Made by a program: the position numbers and the translations under genes. A stretch of DNA of 64,000 nt, from the NCBI GenBank assembly GCA_963708135.1, contig OY970192.1, forward strand, positions 896,001-960,000. Reading direction: 5' to 3'. Below the pieces are notes generated by a model, which saw only the letters and a list, made by a program, of their open reading frames with translations, was not told the origin of the DNA and searched no databases. This document shows positions 38,953-49,140 of this stretch, piece by piece; the stretch's first letter is position 1; every line of letters begins with the position of its first letter. This DNA comes from an uncultured Gemmatimonadales bacterium. Its GTDB lineage: Bacteria; Gemmatimonadota; Gemmatimonadetes; Longimicrobiales; RSA9.

Positions 38953-39740
38953 GCGTGCGGCCGGGAGGGGCGAGCGCCCTGCTCTCCCTCGAGGCGATCG
39001 GCGTTCCGCTGCTGCTCCGGGCCCGCAGCTCGCCCGCCGTGTACCGCCTCTACGTCCGTCTGCGCCGTGGCGGCCGGACCCGGCTCCCGCTGCCGGATGA
39101 CGACCTCCACATCACCGGGCTGCCCCGCAGCGGCAACACCTTCGCGATCGGACTGATCGAGCGCCTCATGCCCGAGCTTCGCGTCTCGTCGCACCTGCAC
39201 GTGCTCGCCTCGCTGCGCATCGCCCTGCGCCATGGCGTGCCGACGGTGGTCCTGTTCCGCGATCCCGCCGATGCGCTCGCCTCGTGGATGATCAAGAGCC
39301 GCACCGAGGGCGGCGTCGGACCGCACGGCGCCGGGCGCTACGTCCGCGAGTACACGGCCTACTACGGCTGGGTCGAGGCCCACGCTGCCTCGCTCCACCT
39401 GCTCGCTTTCGACCGGCTCGTGGGCGACCCCGCCTCGCTGCTCCGGGTGCTCGAAGAGGCTCTCGCCCGGCCGCTGCCGGGCGTCGCGGACGCGCAGCTC
39501 GACGCCGCGGTCGCCGGGGCCGTCCGCGCCCTGAGGTCCGATCCTCGCCAGCCGGCCACGAACGCGTGGCGGAGCCCGGAGAAGGAGGCGCTGAAGCGGC
39601 GCGCCCTGGACGAGATCCGCGCCGCCCCCGGCTGGCCGGATACCGTCGCGCTGCACGGCCGGCTGCTGGCGGCAGCGGCCGCCGGCCGCAATCCGCTCGC
39701 CCCACCGACATTGAGCGCTCCTACCCGTTCAAGGGGATGA
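38949..39740 (+). CDS. PAPS-dependent sulfotransferase-like protein
   Basis: 5'-PSB-like ITGLPRSGNTF, 3'-PB-like LFRDPADALAS, FDRLVGDP; ATGA overlap. Confidence 0.72.
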   Translation: MSVRPGGASALLSLEAIGVPLLLRARSSPAVYRLYVRLRRGGRTRLPLPDDDLHITGLPRSGNTFAIGLIERLMPELRVSSHLHVLASLRIALRHGVPTVVLFRDPADALASWMIKSRTEGGVGPHGAGRYVREYTAYYGWVEAHAASLHLLAFDRLVGDPASLLRVLEEALARPLPGVADAQLDAAVAGAVRALRSDPRQPATNAWRSPEKEALKRRALDEIRAAPGWPDTVALHGRLLAAAAAGRNPLAPPTLSAPTRSRG

Positions 39741-39743
39741 TCC

Positions 39744-40861
39744 GTGTCTGACTATATCCGTCGAGACGCCGCCCGCCCGCCCCGGCCGCCCCGCCCCCCG
39801 TCCGTTCAACCGCCCGGCCGGGACGGCGCCGCGCTCCAGGGAGTTCTGCTTATCACGGGCGGGACCGGCTCCTTCGGTACGGCCGTGCTGGACCGCTTCC
39901 TTCACTCCGACATCCGCGAGATCCGCATCTTCAGCCGCGACGAGAAGAAGCAGGACGACATGCGGAAGCGGTACGCGAGCTCGAAGCTGAAGTTCTATCT
40001 CGGCGACGTGCGCAACCGGCGCAGCCTCGACGCGGCGCTGCGTGGCGTCAACTACTGCTTCCACGCCGCCGCGCTGAAGCAGGTGCCGTCGTGCGAGTTC
40101 CACCCGATGGAGGCGGTGCGCACCAACATCCTCGGCACCGAGAACGTCATCGAGGCCGCCGTGGCCGCGAGGGTCCGGCGCATCGTCTGCCTCAGCACGG
40201 ACAAGGCCGTCTATCCGATCAACGCCATGGGCATCTCCAAGGCGATGATGGAGAAGGTGATGGTCGCCGCCTCGCGCAACGTAGACTCCGACGCCACCGT
40301 CATCTGCGGCACGCGCTACGGCAACGTCATGGGCTCACGCGGCTCGGTCATCCCGCTCTTCATGGCCCAGCTGGGCGCGGGACAGCCGCTGACGGTGACC
40401 GACCCCGAGATGACGCGCTTCATGATGTCGCTCGAGGATGCGGTGGAGCTCGTCCTCTACGCTTTCCGGCATGGTGCCAACGGCGATATGTTCGTGCAGA
40501 AGTCGCCCGCCGCCACGCTCGCCGTCCTGACGCGGGCGATCCTCGAGCTGGCGGGCCGCGGGCACCACGAGGTGCGCGTCATCGGTACCCGCCACGGCGA
40601 GAAGCTCTACGAGACCCTGCTCAGCCGGGAGGAGATGGCCGCGGCGGAAGATCTCGGCCTCTACTTCCGCGTGCCGCCCGATGGGCGCGACCTCAACTAT
40701 GCCAAGTTCGTCGAGGAGGGCGAGCAGCGGATCACCGTCGCGGGGGAGTACAACTCCCGCAACACGCGGCAGCTCGACGTGGAGGAGATGAAGGCGCTGC
40801 TGGTGCAGCTCGAGGTGGTGCGCGAGGTGCTCCGCGAGTACCCCCCTCCGTCCTCGCCTGA
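39744..40861 (+). CDS. fnlA: UDP-GlcNAc 4,6-dehydratase/5-epimerase FnlA (CapE/WbjB); as sequenced it lacks its expected stop and reads on to 41435
   Basis: LITGGTGSFG, FSRDEKKQDDMR, FHAAALKQVPSCEF, STDKAVYPINAMG, GTRHGEKLYE, RDLNY..F, EYNS; family-like sequence ends near 40840. Confidence 0.88.
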
Positions 40862-40866
40862 GCGTC

Positions 40867-41982
40867 GTGCGCATCGTTGTCACCGGCGGCGACGGCTTCA
40901 TCGGCACCAACCTGCGCGTGCGGCTGCGGGAGGCCGGCCACGAGGACGTCTTGAGCGTCACGCGCGGCACGGGCGAGGGTGGGCTCCGCCGGGCGCTCGC
41001 GGAGGCCGATTTCGTCTACCACCTCGCCGGCGTGAACCGCCCCCGCGACGAGCGGGAGTTCGAGACCGGGAATGCCGGCCTCACGCGGCAGGTCTGCGGG
41101 CTGCTGCTCGAGTCCGGGCGCCCGGTCCCCCTCGCCTTCAGCTCCTCCACCCAGGCGGCGCTCGACAACCCGTACGGGCGGAGCAAGCTCGCGGCCGAGC
41201 GGGCCGTGGAGCGCTACGGCGAGGCCACCGGCGCGCCGGTCTACATCCTCCGCCTGACGAACGTCTTCGGGAAGTGGTGCCGCCCCGGCTACAACTCCGT
41301 CGTCGCCACCTTCTGCCACAACCTGACGCGCGGACTGCCGGTTCGCGTGGACGACCCGGAGGCGCCGCTCGAGCTGCTCTACATCGACGATGCCGTGGAG
41401 TGCATGCTCGGCCTGCCGGGGCCGCCGCCGGCTGACGGCGGGCGCGTCCAGGCGGGGCCGACCCATTCCACCACCGTGGGCGAGCTGCTCGCCATCCTCG
41501 AGCGCTTCCGCGACAGCCGCGACACGGCCGCCGCCATCCCGCCGGTCGGCCGAGGCCTGGCGCGGGCCCTGTACGCCACCTACCAGAGCTATCTCCTGCC
41601 GGCGGACTTCGGCTACGCCCTCCGCGCCCATGCGGACGAGCGCGGCACGTTCGTCGAGATGCTCAGGACGGACGCGAGCGGGCAGCTCTCCTACTTTACC
41701 GCCGCACCCGGCGTGACGCGGGGCGGGCACTATCACCACAGCAAGGTGGAGAAGTTCCTCGTGCTGGGCGGCCGCGCCCGCTTCGGCTTCCGTCACGTCC
41801 TGACCGGCGAGCGGCACGAGCTCGTCGTGCAGGGCGGCGAGGCGCGCGTCGTGGAGACCGTGCCCGGCTGGATCCACGATGTCACGAACATCGGCGAGGC
41901 CGAGCTGGTGGTGATGCTCTGGGCCAGCGAGGTCTTCGATCCCGCGCGGCCGGACGCCGTGCCGGCCAGGGTGGAGCGGTGA
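40867..41982 (+). CDS. fnlB: FnlB (CapF/WbjC) SDR plus cupin, UDP-L-FucNAc pathway
   Basis: [54 protein letters not shown]. Confidence 0.92.
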   Translation: MRIVVTGGDGFIGTNLRVRLREAGHEDVLSVTRGTGEGGLRRALAEADFVYHLAGVNRPRDEREFETGNAGLTRQVCGLLLESGRPVPLAFSSSTQAALDNPYGRSKLAAERAVERYGEATGAPVYILRLTNVFGKWCRPGYNSVVATFCHNLTRGLPVRVDDPEAPLELLYIDDAVECMLGLPGPPPADGGRVQAGPTHSTTVGELLAILERFRDSRDTAAAIPPVGRGLARALYATYQSYLLPADFGYALRAHADERGTFVEMLRTDASGQLSYFTAAPGVTRGGHYHHSKVEKFLVLGGRARFGFRHVLTGERHELVVQGGEARVVETVPGWIHDVTNIGEAELVVMLWASEVFDPARPDAVPARVER

Positions 41983-43112
41983 GAAAGCTCAGGGTGATGA
42001 GCGTCGTCGGCACCCGACCGGAGCTGATCCGGCTCTCACGGGTGCTCGCCCGCCTGGACGAGTTCTGCGACCACGTGCTCGTGCACACCGGCCAGAACTA
42101 CGACTACGAGCTGAACCAGGTCTTCTTCGACGAGCTTCAGATCCGCAGGCCCGACCATTTCCTCGATGCGGCGGGCCCGACCGCCGCGCAGACGATCGGC
42201 CGTCTGATCGCGGCGGTGGACGGCGTGCTCGAGGCGTCGCGGCCGGAGGCGCTGCTCGTGCTCGGCGATACCAACAGCTGCCTGGCGGTCATCGCGGCCA
42301 AGCGCCGCCAGGTACCGATCTTTCACATGGAGGCGGGCAACCGCTGCTTCGATCAGCGGGTCCCGGAGGAGACCAACCGCCGGATCGTGGACCACACCGC
42401 CGACATCAATCTGACCTACAGCGCCATCGCCCGCGAGTACCTCCTGCGCGAGGGCTTTCCGCCCGACCGGGTAATCCGGACCGGCAGTCCGATGTTCGAG
42501 GTGCTGGAGCACTACCGGCCCGGAATTGACGCCTCGGACGTCCTGCGGCGCCTGGACCTGGAGCCCGGCCGCTATTTCCTGGTCAGCGCCCACCGCGAGG
42601 AGAACGTCGACGGGGAGCGGACGTTCGCCCGGCTCGTCGAGGTCCTGAACATGCTGGCGGCGGACCACGGCCTGCCCGTCATCGTCTCCACACATCCGCG
42701 CACCATGAAGCGTGTCGGCGAGACCGGCGCCCGCTTCCACGACGGCGTCCGCCTCCTCAAGCCGCTCGGCTTCTTCGACTACGTGCACCTGCAGCGGGCT
42801 GCCCGCGCCGTCCTCTCGGACAGCGGCACCATCACCGAGGAGTCCTCGATCCTCAACTTCCCGGCCCTCAACATCCGCGAGGCCCACGAGCGGCCCGAGG
42901 GCATGGAGGAGGCGGCGGTCATGATGGTGGGGCTGGACATCGAGCGGGTGCGCCAGGGCCTCGCCATCCTCGCCACCCAGCCGCGTGGCGCCGAGCGCGG
43001 CCTCCCGCTCGTCCAGGACTACCGCGTGCCGAACGTCTCCGACAAGGTCGTCCGCATCATCCACAGCTATACCGATTACGTGAACCGGGTGGTCTGGCAC
43101 CGCCACCCCTGA
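41979..43112 (+). CDS. fnlC: FnlC (CapG/WbjD) non-hydrolysing UDP-sugar 2-epimerase
   Basis: [51 protein letters not shown]. Confidence 0.92.
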   Translation: MRKLRVMSVVGTRPELIRLSRVLARLDEFCDHVLVHTGQNYDYELNQVFFDELQIRRPDHFLDAAGPTAAQTIGRLIAAVDGVLEASRPEALLVLGDTNSCLAVIAAKRRQVPIFHMEAGNRCFDQRVPEETNRRIVDHTADINLTYSAIAREYLLREGFPPDRVIRTGSPMFEVLEHYRPGIDASDVLRRLDLEPGRYFLVSAHREENVDGERTFARLVEVLNMLAADHGLPVIVSTHPRTMKRVGETGARFHDGVRLLKPLGFFDYVHLQRAARAVLSDSGTITEESSILNFPALNIREAHERPEGMEEAAVMMVGLDIERVRQGLAILATQPRGAERGLPLVQDYRVPNVSDKVVRIIHSYTDYVNRVVWHRHP

Positions 43113-43120
43113 GCGGACCC

Positions 43121-44362
43121 GTGCGCCTCCTCATCGTCAGCCAGTATTTCTGGCCCGAGAGCTTCCGCGTCAACGACCTGGCCGCCGAGATGGTGCGCCG
43201 CGGCCACGACGTCACCGTGCTGTCGGGCCTGCCGAACTACCCCGATGGGCGGGTCTTCGCCGAGTTCCGCCGCGACGCGCGCCGCTTCGCGGAGTACGAG
43301 GGCGCGCGCATCGTGCGCGTGCCGCTCGCGCCGCGCGGGACCGGCCGCGTCCGCCTCGTGCTCAACTACCTGAGCTTCGCCGCCGCCGGCTGCACGCTCG
43401 GCGCGTGGCGGCTCCGCGGCAACTCCTTCGACGCCATCTTCGTCTTCCAGCCGTCGCCGGTCACATCCTCGCTGCCGGCCCTCCTGATCGGACGCCTCAA
43501 GGCCGCGCCCGTCGTCCTCTGGGTGCTCGACCTCTGGCCGGATACACTCGAGGCGCTCGGCGTCGTGCGCTCGCCGCGGGCGCTCCGCGTCCTCGGCGCG
43601 CTCGTCGGCTTCATCTACCGCCGCTGCGCCCTCGTCCTCGGGCAGTCGCGCGCCTTCGTCCCGAACCTCGCCCGCTATACGGGGACCCCCGTGCGCTACT
43701 TCCCCGGCTGGGCCGAGCCGATCTTCGACGGCGGGCTCGATGGCATCGAGCCGGCGCCGGAGCTCGGGGGCGAGCGCTCCGCGTTCAACGTGCTGTTCGC
43801 CGGCAACATCGGCGATGCGCAGGACTTTCCCGCCATCCTCGACGCCGCCGAGTCGCTCCGCGGCCGGCTGGACGTCCGCTGGCTCATCGTCGGTGATGGC
43901 CGCGCGGCCGGCTGGGTCCGCGAGGAGATCCGGCGCAGGTCCCTCCAGGGGCAGGTCCGCATGCTCGGTCGCTACCCGATCGAGCGGATGCCCTCCTTCT
44001 TCCGCGGCGCTGACGCGCTCCTCGTCTCGCTCCGGCCCGACCCGGTGTTCGCCATGACGATCCCCGGGAAGGTTCAGGCCTACCTCGCGGCCGGGCTGCC
44101 GGTCCTCGGAATGCTCGAGGGCGAAGGCGCGCGCGTGATCGAGGAGTCGGAGGCCGGCCTCGTCTGCCCCGCCGGCGACGGCGCGGCGCTGGCGCGACGC
44201 GTCGAGGAGCTCGCCGCGCTGCCCGCCGAGGAGCGCGCCCGGATGGGGGCACGCGGCCTCCGGTACGCCAGGCTTGAGTTCGACCGTGACGCGCTCATCG
44301 CCCGGCTCGAGGGGTGGCTCGGCGAGGTGAGCCTCCGCCGCGCCGTGCCGGAGCCATCGTGA
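43121..44362 (+). CDS. GT4 glycosyltransferase (WbuB/WbjE-like L-FucNAc transferase)
   Basis: SQYFWPE, PNYP.G, DLWPD, FAGNIGDAQ, IPGKVQAYLAAG. Confidence 0.9.
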   Translation: MRLLIVSQYFWPESFRVNDLAAEMVRRGHDVTVLSGLPNYPDGRVFAEFRRDARRFAEYEGARIVRVPLAPRGTGRVRLVLNYLSFAAAGCTLGAWRLRGNSFDAIFVFQPSPVTSSLPALLIGRLKAAPVVLWVLDLWPDTLEALGVVRSPRALRVLGALVGFIYRRCALVLGQSRAFVPNLARYTGTPVRYFPGWAEPIFDGGLDGIEPAPELGGERSAFNVLFAGNIGDAQDFPAILDAAESLRGRLDVRWLIVGDGRAAGWVREEIRRRSLQGQVRMLGRYPIERMPSFFRGADALLVSLRPDPVFAMTIPGKVQAYLAAGLPVLGMLEGEGARVIEESEAGLVCPAGDGAALARRVEELAALPAEERARMGARGLRYARLEFDRDALIARLEGWLGEVSLRRAVPEPS

Positions 44363-45336
44363 GTCCGGCTCGCCGCGTGCTCGTCACCGGCGCGTCGGGG
44401 TTCGTCGGCACGCGGCTGGTGGCGGCGCTGCGCGCCGACCCCTCGTGGCGGATCACGGCCGCGGTCCGAGGCGACGTCGCCCCCGAGGGCGCCCGCGCCA
44501 TCCGCATTCACGACCTCCGCGAAGCCGTCGACTGGAGCGACGCCCTCGCCGGCTGCGACACGGTCGTGCATCTCGCCGCCCGCGTCCACCTCGTGCGCGA
44601 CGGCGCGGCGGATCCGCTCGCGGAGTTCCGGCGTGTCAACGTTGCGGCCACGATGCGTCTCGCGCGCCAGGCCGCCAATGCCGGGGTGCGCCGCTTCCTC
44701 TACCTCAGCTCCATCAAGGTCAACGGGGAGGCCACGGCCCCGGGCCGACCCTTCACCGCCGCCGATCCGCCGGCGCCCGTCGATGCGTACGCCATCTCGA
44801 AGGCGGAGGCCGAGGAGTCGCTCCTGCGCACCGCGGCCGCCACCGGAATGGAGGTCGTGCTCCTGCGCCCCCCGCTCATCTACGGCCCGGGCGTGAGGGC
44901 CAACTTCAGGAACATGATCCGCTGGGTGGCGCGCGGCTTGCCTCTGCCGCTCGGGGCAGTGACCGGGAACCGGAGGACGCTCGTGGCGCTCGACAACCTG
45001 GTCGACCTGGTCCGGACCGCGCTCGACCACCCGGCAGCCGCCAACCAGGTCCTGCTCGCCGGCGACGCGGAGGACCTCTCCACGGCCGAGCTGCTCCGGC
45101 GCACGGCCGCGGCTCTCGGCGTGCGGCCCCGCCTCTTCGCCGTGCCGCCCGCCGCGCTGCTCGCGGCCGGCCGGCTCCTCCGGAAGCGGGATGCGGCGCG
45201 GCGGCTGTGCTGCAGCCTGCAGGTGGACACCTCCGGGACGCGTGCGCTGCTCGGCTGGGTGCCGCCCGTGGGCGTCGACGAGGGGCTCCGCCGGACGGTC
45301 CGGGGACTCGCCGTCTCCGGGAGCGGGCCGCGATGA
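44359..45336 (+). CDS. SDR family UDP-4-keto-6-deoxy-HexNAc reductase/epimerase (WbpV/WbpK-like)
   Basis: VTGASGFVG, HLAARVH, LSSIKVNGE, YAISK, RPPLIYGPGVRANF. Confidence 0.87.
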   Translation: MSPARRVLVTGASGFVGTRLVAALRADPSWRITAAVRGDVAPEGARAIRIHDLREAVDWSDALAGCDTVVHLAARVHLVRDGAADPLAEFRRVNVAATMRLARQAANAGVRRFLYLSSIKVNGEATAPGRPFTAADPPAPVDAYAISKAEAEESLLRTAAATGMEVVLLRPPLIYGPGVRANFRNMIRWVARGLPLPLGAVTGNRRTLVALDNLVDLVRTALDHPAAANQVLLAGDAEDLSTAELLRRTAAALGVRPRLFAVPPAALLAAGRLLRKRDAARRLCCSLQVDTSGTRALLGWVPPVGVDEGLRRTVRGLAVSGSGPR

Positions 45337-45893
45337 AGCGGGCCGCGGACTTCGTCCTGGCGCTCGCTGCCGCGGTGGTGCTCGCGATCCCGATCGCGGT
45401 CATCGCGGCGCTCGTCCGCTTGACGTCCCACGGGCCCGCGCTGTACTGGTCCGACAGGATCGGCCGCCGGAACCGGCTCTTCCGCATGCCGAAGTTCCGA
45501 ACCATGCGCGTGGACACGCCGGCGCTGCCGACCCACCTGCTCCTCGATGCCCATGCGTACCTCACGCCGCTCGGGCGGTTCCTGCGGCGCACGAGCCTGG
45601 ACGAGCTGCCGCAGCTCTGGAGCATCCTGCGCGGGGACATGAGCTTCGTCGGCCCGCGCCCCGCGCTCTTCAACCAGGACGACCTGGTCGCGCTGCGGAC
45701 GGAGGCCGGGGTTCACGAATTGGTGCCCGGCCTCACCGGATGGGCCCAGGTGAACGGGCGCGACGAGCTCTCCATTCCCGACAAGGTCGGGTTCGATCTC
45801 GAGTACATGCGCCGGCGGTCCATGTCGATGGATTGCAGGATCATCCTGCTCACCTTCATGCGCGCGGTGCGGGGAAGCGGCGTGGCCCATTGA
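45333..45893 (+). CDS. Initiating phosphoglycosyl transferase (bacterial sugar transferase, PglC-like)
   Basis: MKRAADF, KFRTM, RRTSLDELPQL, MSFVGPRP, PGLTGWAQVNGR. Confidence 0.93.
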   Translation: MKRAADFVLALAAAVVLAIPIAVIAALVRLTSHGPALYWSDRIGRRNRLFRMPKFRTMRVDTPALPTHLLLDAHAYLTPLGRFLRRTSLDELPQLWSILRGDMSFVGPRPALFNQDDLVALRTEAGVHELVPGLTGWAQVNGRDELSIPDKVGFDLEYMRRRSMSMDCRIILLTFMRAVRGSGVAH

Positions 45894-45942
45894 CCGGCCC
45901 GGCCCCTCCCGCACCGGCCTTCTCCCTCGATCCGGAGCTCAA

Positions 45943-46599
45943 TTGAACCGACGACTGCTCTGCGTGCTCGCCGCCGCCGTGGCCCTCTGCGCGGCACGGC
46001 CGGACGCCGCCTTTGCCCAGCAGGACGGCGCCCGGCCCCCTGCGCCGGCGCCCGCCACCGGCTATACGGTGCGCCCTGGCGACGTGCTCCGGATCCGCGT
46101 CTGGCCCGATTCTTCCCTCAGCGGCGAGTTCCCGGTCGAGGAGACCGGTTACACCTACCTCCCCGTGCTTGGCGCGGTGAGGGCCGGCGGCGTACCGCTG
46201 GAGGAGCTGCGGCGCAACCTGCGCCAGCTCTACGGGGGCGCACTCAAGGCGCCGGCCGTCGAGGTCACGCCGCTGTTCAAGGTGAGCGTGCTCGGTGCCG
46301 TGATGCGGCCGGGCCTCTACAGCGTCGATCCGAGCCAGACGCTCTTCGACGCCATCAGCCTTGCCGGCGGCTTCCAGCCCAACGCGAAGGAGAAGGAGGT
46401 CCGGCTGATCCGCCACGGACAATCGATCCGCGTGAACGCCGAGGAGGAGCTCGAGTCCGGCTCCGCGGCCCTCGACCTCGCGCTCCAGTCCGGGGACCGC
46501 GTCGTGGTGCCGCAGGGACACTCTGTGCGCGCCCTGGACATCTTCTACGGGATCCAGTCTCTCGTCCTTATCGTCACCCTCGTCACCCGGGTGCACTGA
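45943..46599 (+). CDS. Polysaccharide export protein (Wza/OPX-like, poly_export plus SLBB)
   Basis: Signal peptide, YTVRPGDVLRI, G...LPVLG, VSVLGAVMRPGLY, LQSGDRVVVP. Confidence 0.85.
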   Translation: MNRRLLCVLAAAVALCAARPDAAFAQQDGARPPAPAPATGYTVRPGDVLRIRVWPDSSLSGEFPVEETGYTYLPVLGAVRAGGVPLEELRRNLRQLYGGALKAPAVEVTPLFKVSVLGAVMRPGLYSVDPSQTLFDAISLAGGFQPNAKEKEVRLIRHGQSIRVNAEEELESGSAALDLALQSGDRVVVPQGHSVRALDIFYGIQSLVLIVTLVTRVH

Positions 46600-46621
46600 T
46601 CATGCAGGGGCTTGCATCGCC

Positions 46622-49027
46622 ATGAGCGACTTCGTCGAGAACAGCGGCCGGAACGGTGCCGGCGGAAAGCCGGAGAGCCCGGCCGTGCCGCAGCCGGACA
46701 TGAAGGAGATCGATCCCGCTCAGGTGCTCGCCGTTCTGCGGCGCCGCTGGTGGATGGTGGCGCTGTTCACCGTTCTCGCCGTGGCCGCCGCCTGGATGAT
46801 TCAGATCTACCGCGGCAACACATACACCGCCAGCACACTGATCGAGAAGAAGGCCACCCAGCAGTCGCCGCTGGACCAGATCCTCGGCCAGACCGGGGGG
46901 CCCGGCGTCGCGAGCGACGTCATGGCGTCCCAGGTCGAGGTCATGCGCAGCGAGGTCGTGCTCGGAGCGGTCGTCGACTCGCTCCACCTCCAGGTTGCGT
47001 CCCCCGACGGGTACGGGGCGGTGCGGCGCGCGTTCGGCTCCATAACGCTCGCCCGCACCGCCGGTGGCCGGAGCTACGTGGCGGAGCCCGTCGATGGAGT
47101 CCTCGAGCTGCGCGCGGCCGGCGGCGGCGTCGTCGGCAGGGCCGCGCCAGGCGGCGCCATCGACATCCCGGGACTGCGGCTGACCGTCCGTTCGCCTCTC
47201 GCGCTCGATGGTCCCCTCGACCTGAAGATCCTCTACCGGGAGCAGGCCATCGACCAGCTCCGGCGCGCCCTCGATATCCATCAGATCGGCGAGACGAGCC
47301 TGATCCGCGCCAGCTACACGGCCGCGAGTCCACGGGTCGCCGCGGACGTGGTGAACGCGCTCGCCTCGGCCGCAACCGCATATTCCGCCACGCTCGGCCG
47401 CGAGCAGGCCCGCCGTCGCCGCGCGTTCATCGCGGGCCAGATGCGTCAGATCTCGGATTCGCTCCGGCTCGCCCAGAACACTCAGCTGCGCTACCAGGAG
47501 AGCTCCGGGACGGTCGATCCCGCGGAGGAAGGGCAGGCGCTCATCAGCGCGCTCATGGACGCGGAGAAGGATTTTCGCAAGCTGCAGTACGAGGACGATG
47601 TCCTGGCCGGCCTCACCAAGTCGCTCCAGCGGAGCGGGGACGTTGATGAGGCGCTCCGGCGCGCCGTCGCCCTCGGCAGCGACCTCGTGCCGGGAATCGA
47701 AACCCTGTATGGACGACTCCTCGACCTCAAGGCGCAGCGCGACAAGCTGACCGCCTCGAAGTACGGCTACACCGCGTCCGGACCGGCCGTCCAGGTCACG
47801 GATTCCCTCATTGCCTCCGCCCGCGGCGAGATCAGGGCCCTCACGGGGCAGTCGCTCCAGGTGGTGCAGGCCCGCAGGGCCGCCGCGCAGCAGCGGGTCG
47901 CGGCGCTCGAAGGGCAGATCCGAAACCTGCCGGGGCGCACCACGGAGTATGCCCGTCTGCGTGAGCAGGCGGATGCCATCAAGAGCACCTATGATCTGCT
48001 CGCCGGCAAGTACTACGAGGCCCAGATCGCCGAGGCCGTCGAGGGCGGCGACATCGACATCGTCGATGCGGCCACGGTCCCGGTGCTCCCGGACCCGAAG
48101 CACACCACCATAAGTCTCATCCTGGCCCTGGTCATCGGTCTCATCCTCGGAACCGGCGCCGCTTTCCTGCTCGACTACTTCGACTCCAGCATCCGCGAGC
48201 CGGAGGACGCCGAGCGCGCCGCCGGGCTCCGCCTCCTCGGCACCATCCCGCAGATGCCAGCCCTCGCCAACGGGAACGGGAACGGGACGCGCGTCGTCGT
48301 CGGCCGGACCGACGAGCCGATCGGCGCCGAGGCGTTCCGCGCGCTCCGCACGATGATCCGTTTCTCCCGCGCCAGCCGCCCCCGTCTCATTGGCATCACG
48401 AGCGGCGCGCCCGGCGAGGGGAAGAGCAGCGTCGCCGCCAACCTTGCCTTCGCGGTCGCGCAGGAGGCCAAGCGCGTGCTGCTGATCGACGCCGACCTCC
48501 GGCGGCCGACCGTGCACCGTACCTTCCGCGTGTCCCGCAGCCCGGGCCTTACCGATGTCCTCGTTGGCGAAGCGAAGCTGGAGCACGCGGTGACGCGGAT
48601 CGACGGCTCGACGATCGACGTGCTGCCGTGCGGCACGGAGGCGCCCAACCCCGCGGAGCTCCTCGGCAGCCCCGCGCTGGCCGAGCTGCTGGGCGCCGCC
48701 CGCGCGGCCTACGACCTGGTCCTCGTCAACACGCCCCCCGTCCTGGCCGTCACGGATGCCGCCGTGCTCGCGCCCGAGATGGAGGGCCTCATCCTCGTCG
48801 CCCGCGCGCGGGTCACCGACCGCCGCATGCTCGCGGATGCCGCCGAGGTCCTGCGGCAGGTGGGAGGATCCCTGCTCGGCGTCGTCATCAACAACGTGCC
48901 GCTCGGCGGCGGATACAAGAACCCGTATCACTTCCAGTACGCCTACGGCCCCGCCTCCGACAAGTCGTCCAACGGGACCGGCCGGCTCCGCCGCCTCGTC
49001 GGCCGTTTCGTGCCCCACCGCTCCTGA
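46622..49027 (+). CDS. wzc: Wzc-type polysaccharide co-polymerase/BY-kinase
   Basis: Two TMs with coiled coil, EAFRALRT, Walker A PGEGKS, LLIDADLRRP, Walker B VLVNTPP (N in place of D), C-terminal Tyr cluster YKNPYHFQYAY. Confidence 0.92.
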   Translation: MSDFVENSGRNGAGGKPESPAVPQPDMKEIDPAQVLAVLRRRWWMVALFTVLAVAAAWMIQIYRGNTYTASTLIEKKATQQSPLDQILGQTGGPGVASDVMASQVEVMRSEVVLGAVVDSLHLQVASPDGYGAVRRAFGSITLARTAGGRSYVAEPVDGVLELRAAGGGVVGRAAPGGAIDIPGLRLTVRSPLALDGPLDLKILYREQAIDQLRRALDIHQIGETSLIRASYTAASPRVAADVVNALASAATAYSATLGREQARRRRAFIAGQMRQISDSLRLAQNTQLRYQESSGTVDPAEEGQALISALMDAEKDFRKLQYEDDVLAGLTKSLQRSGDVDEALRRAVALGSDLVPGIETLYGRLLDLKAQRDKLTASKYGYTASGPAVQVTDSLIASARGEIRALTGQSLQVVQARRAAAQQRVAALEGQIRNLPGRTTEYARLREQADAIKSTYDLLAGKYYEAQIAEAVEGGDIDIVDAATVPVLPDPKHTTISLILALVIGLILGTGAAFLLDYFDSSIREPEDAERAAGLRLLGTIPQMPALANGNGNGTRVVVGRTDEPIGAEAFRALRTMIRFSRASRPRLIGITSGAPGEGKSSVAANLAFAVAQEAKRVLLIDADLRRPTVHRTFRVSRSPGLTDVLVGEAKLEHAVTRIDGSTIDVLPCGTEAPNPAELLGSPALAELLGAARAAYDLVLVNTPPVLAVTDAAVLAPEMEGLILVARARVTDRRMLADAAEVLRQVGGSLLGVVINNVPLGGGYKNPYHFQYAYGPASDKSSNGTGRLRRLVGRFVPHRS

Positions 49028-49140
49028 CCCCCCGGCGGGTGAGGAGGGCCCGCCATTGGTGAACGCGGCATGCACGCTCGCCGGAGAACGCTGCCTCCCG
49101 CCCGTTGGCCGTGCCCCCTCGATCGATTAACTTCAGCCTC

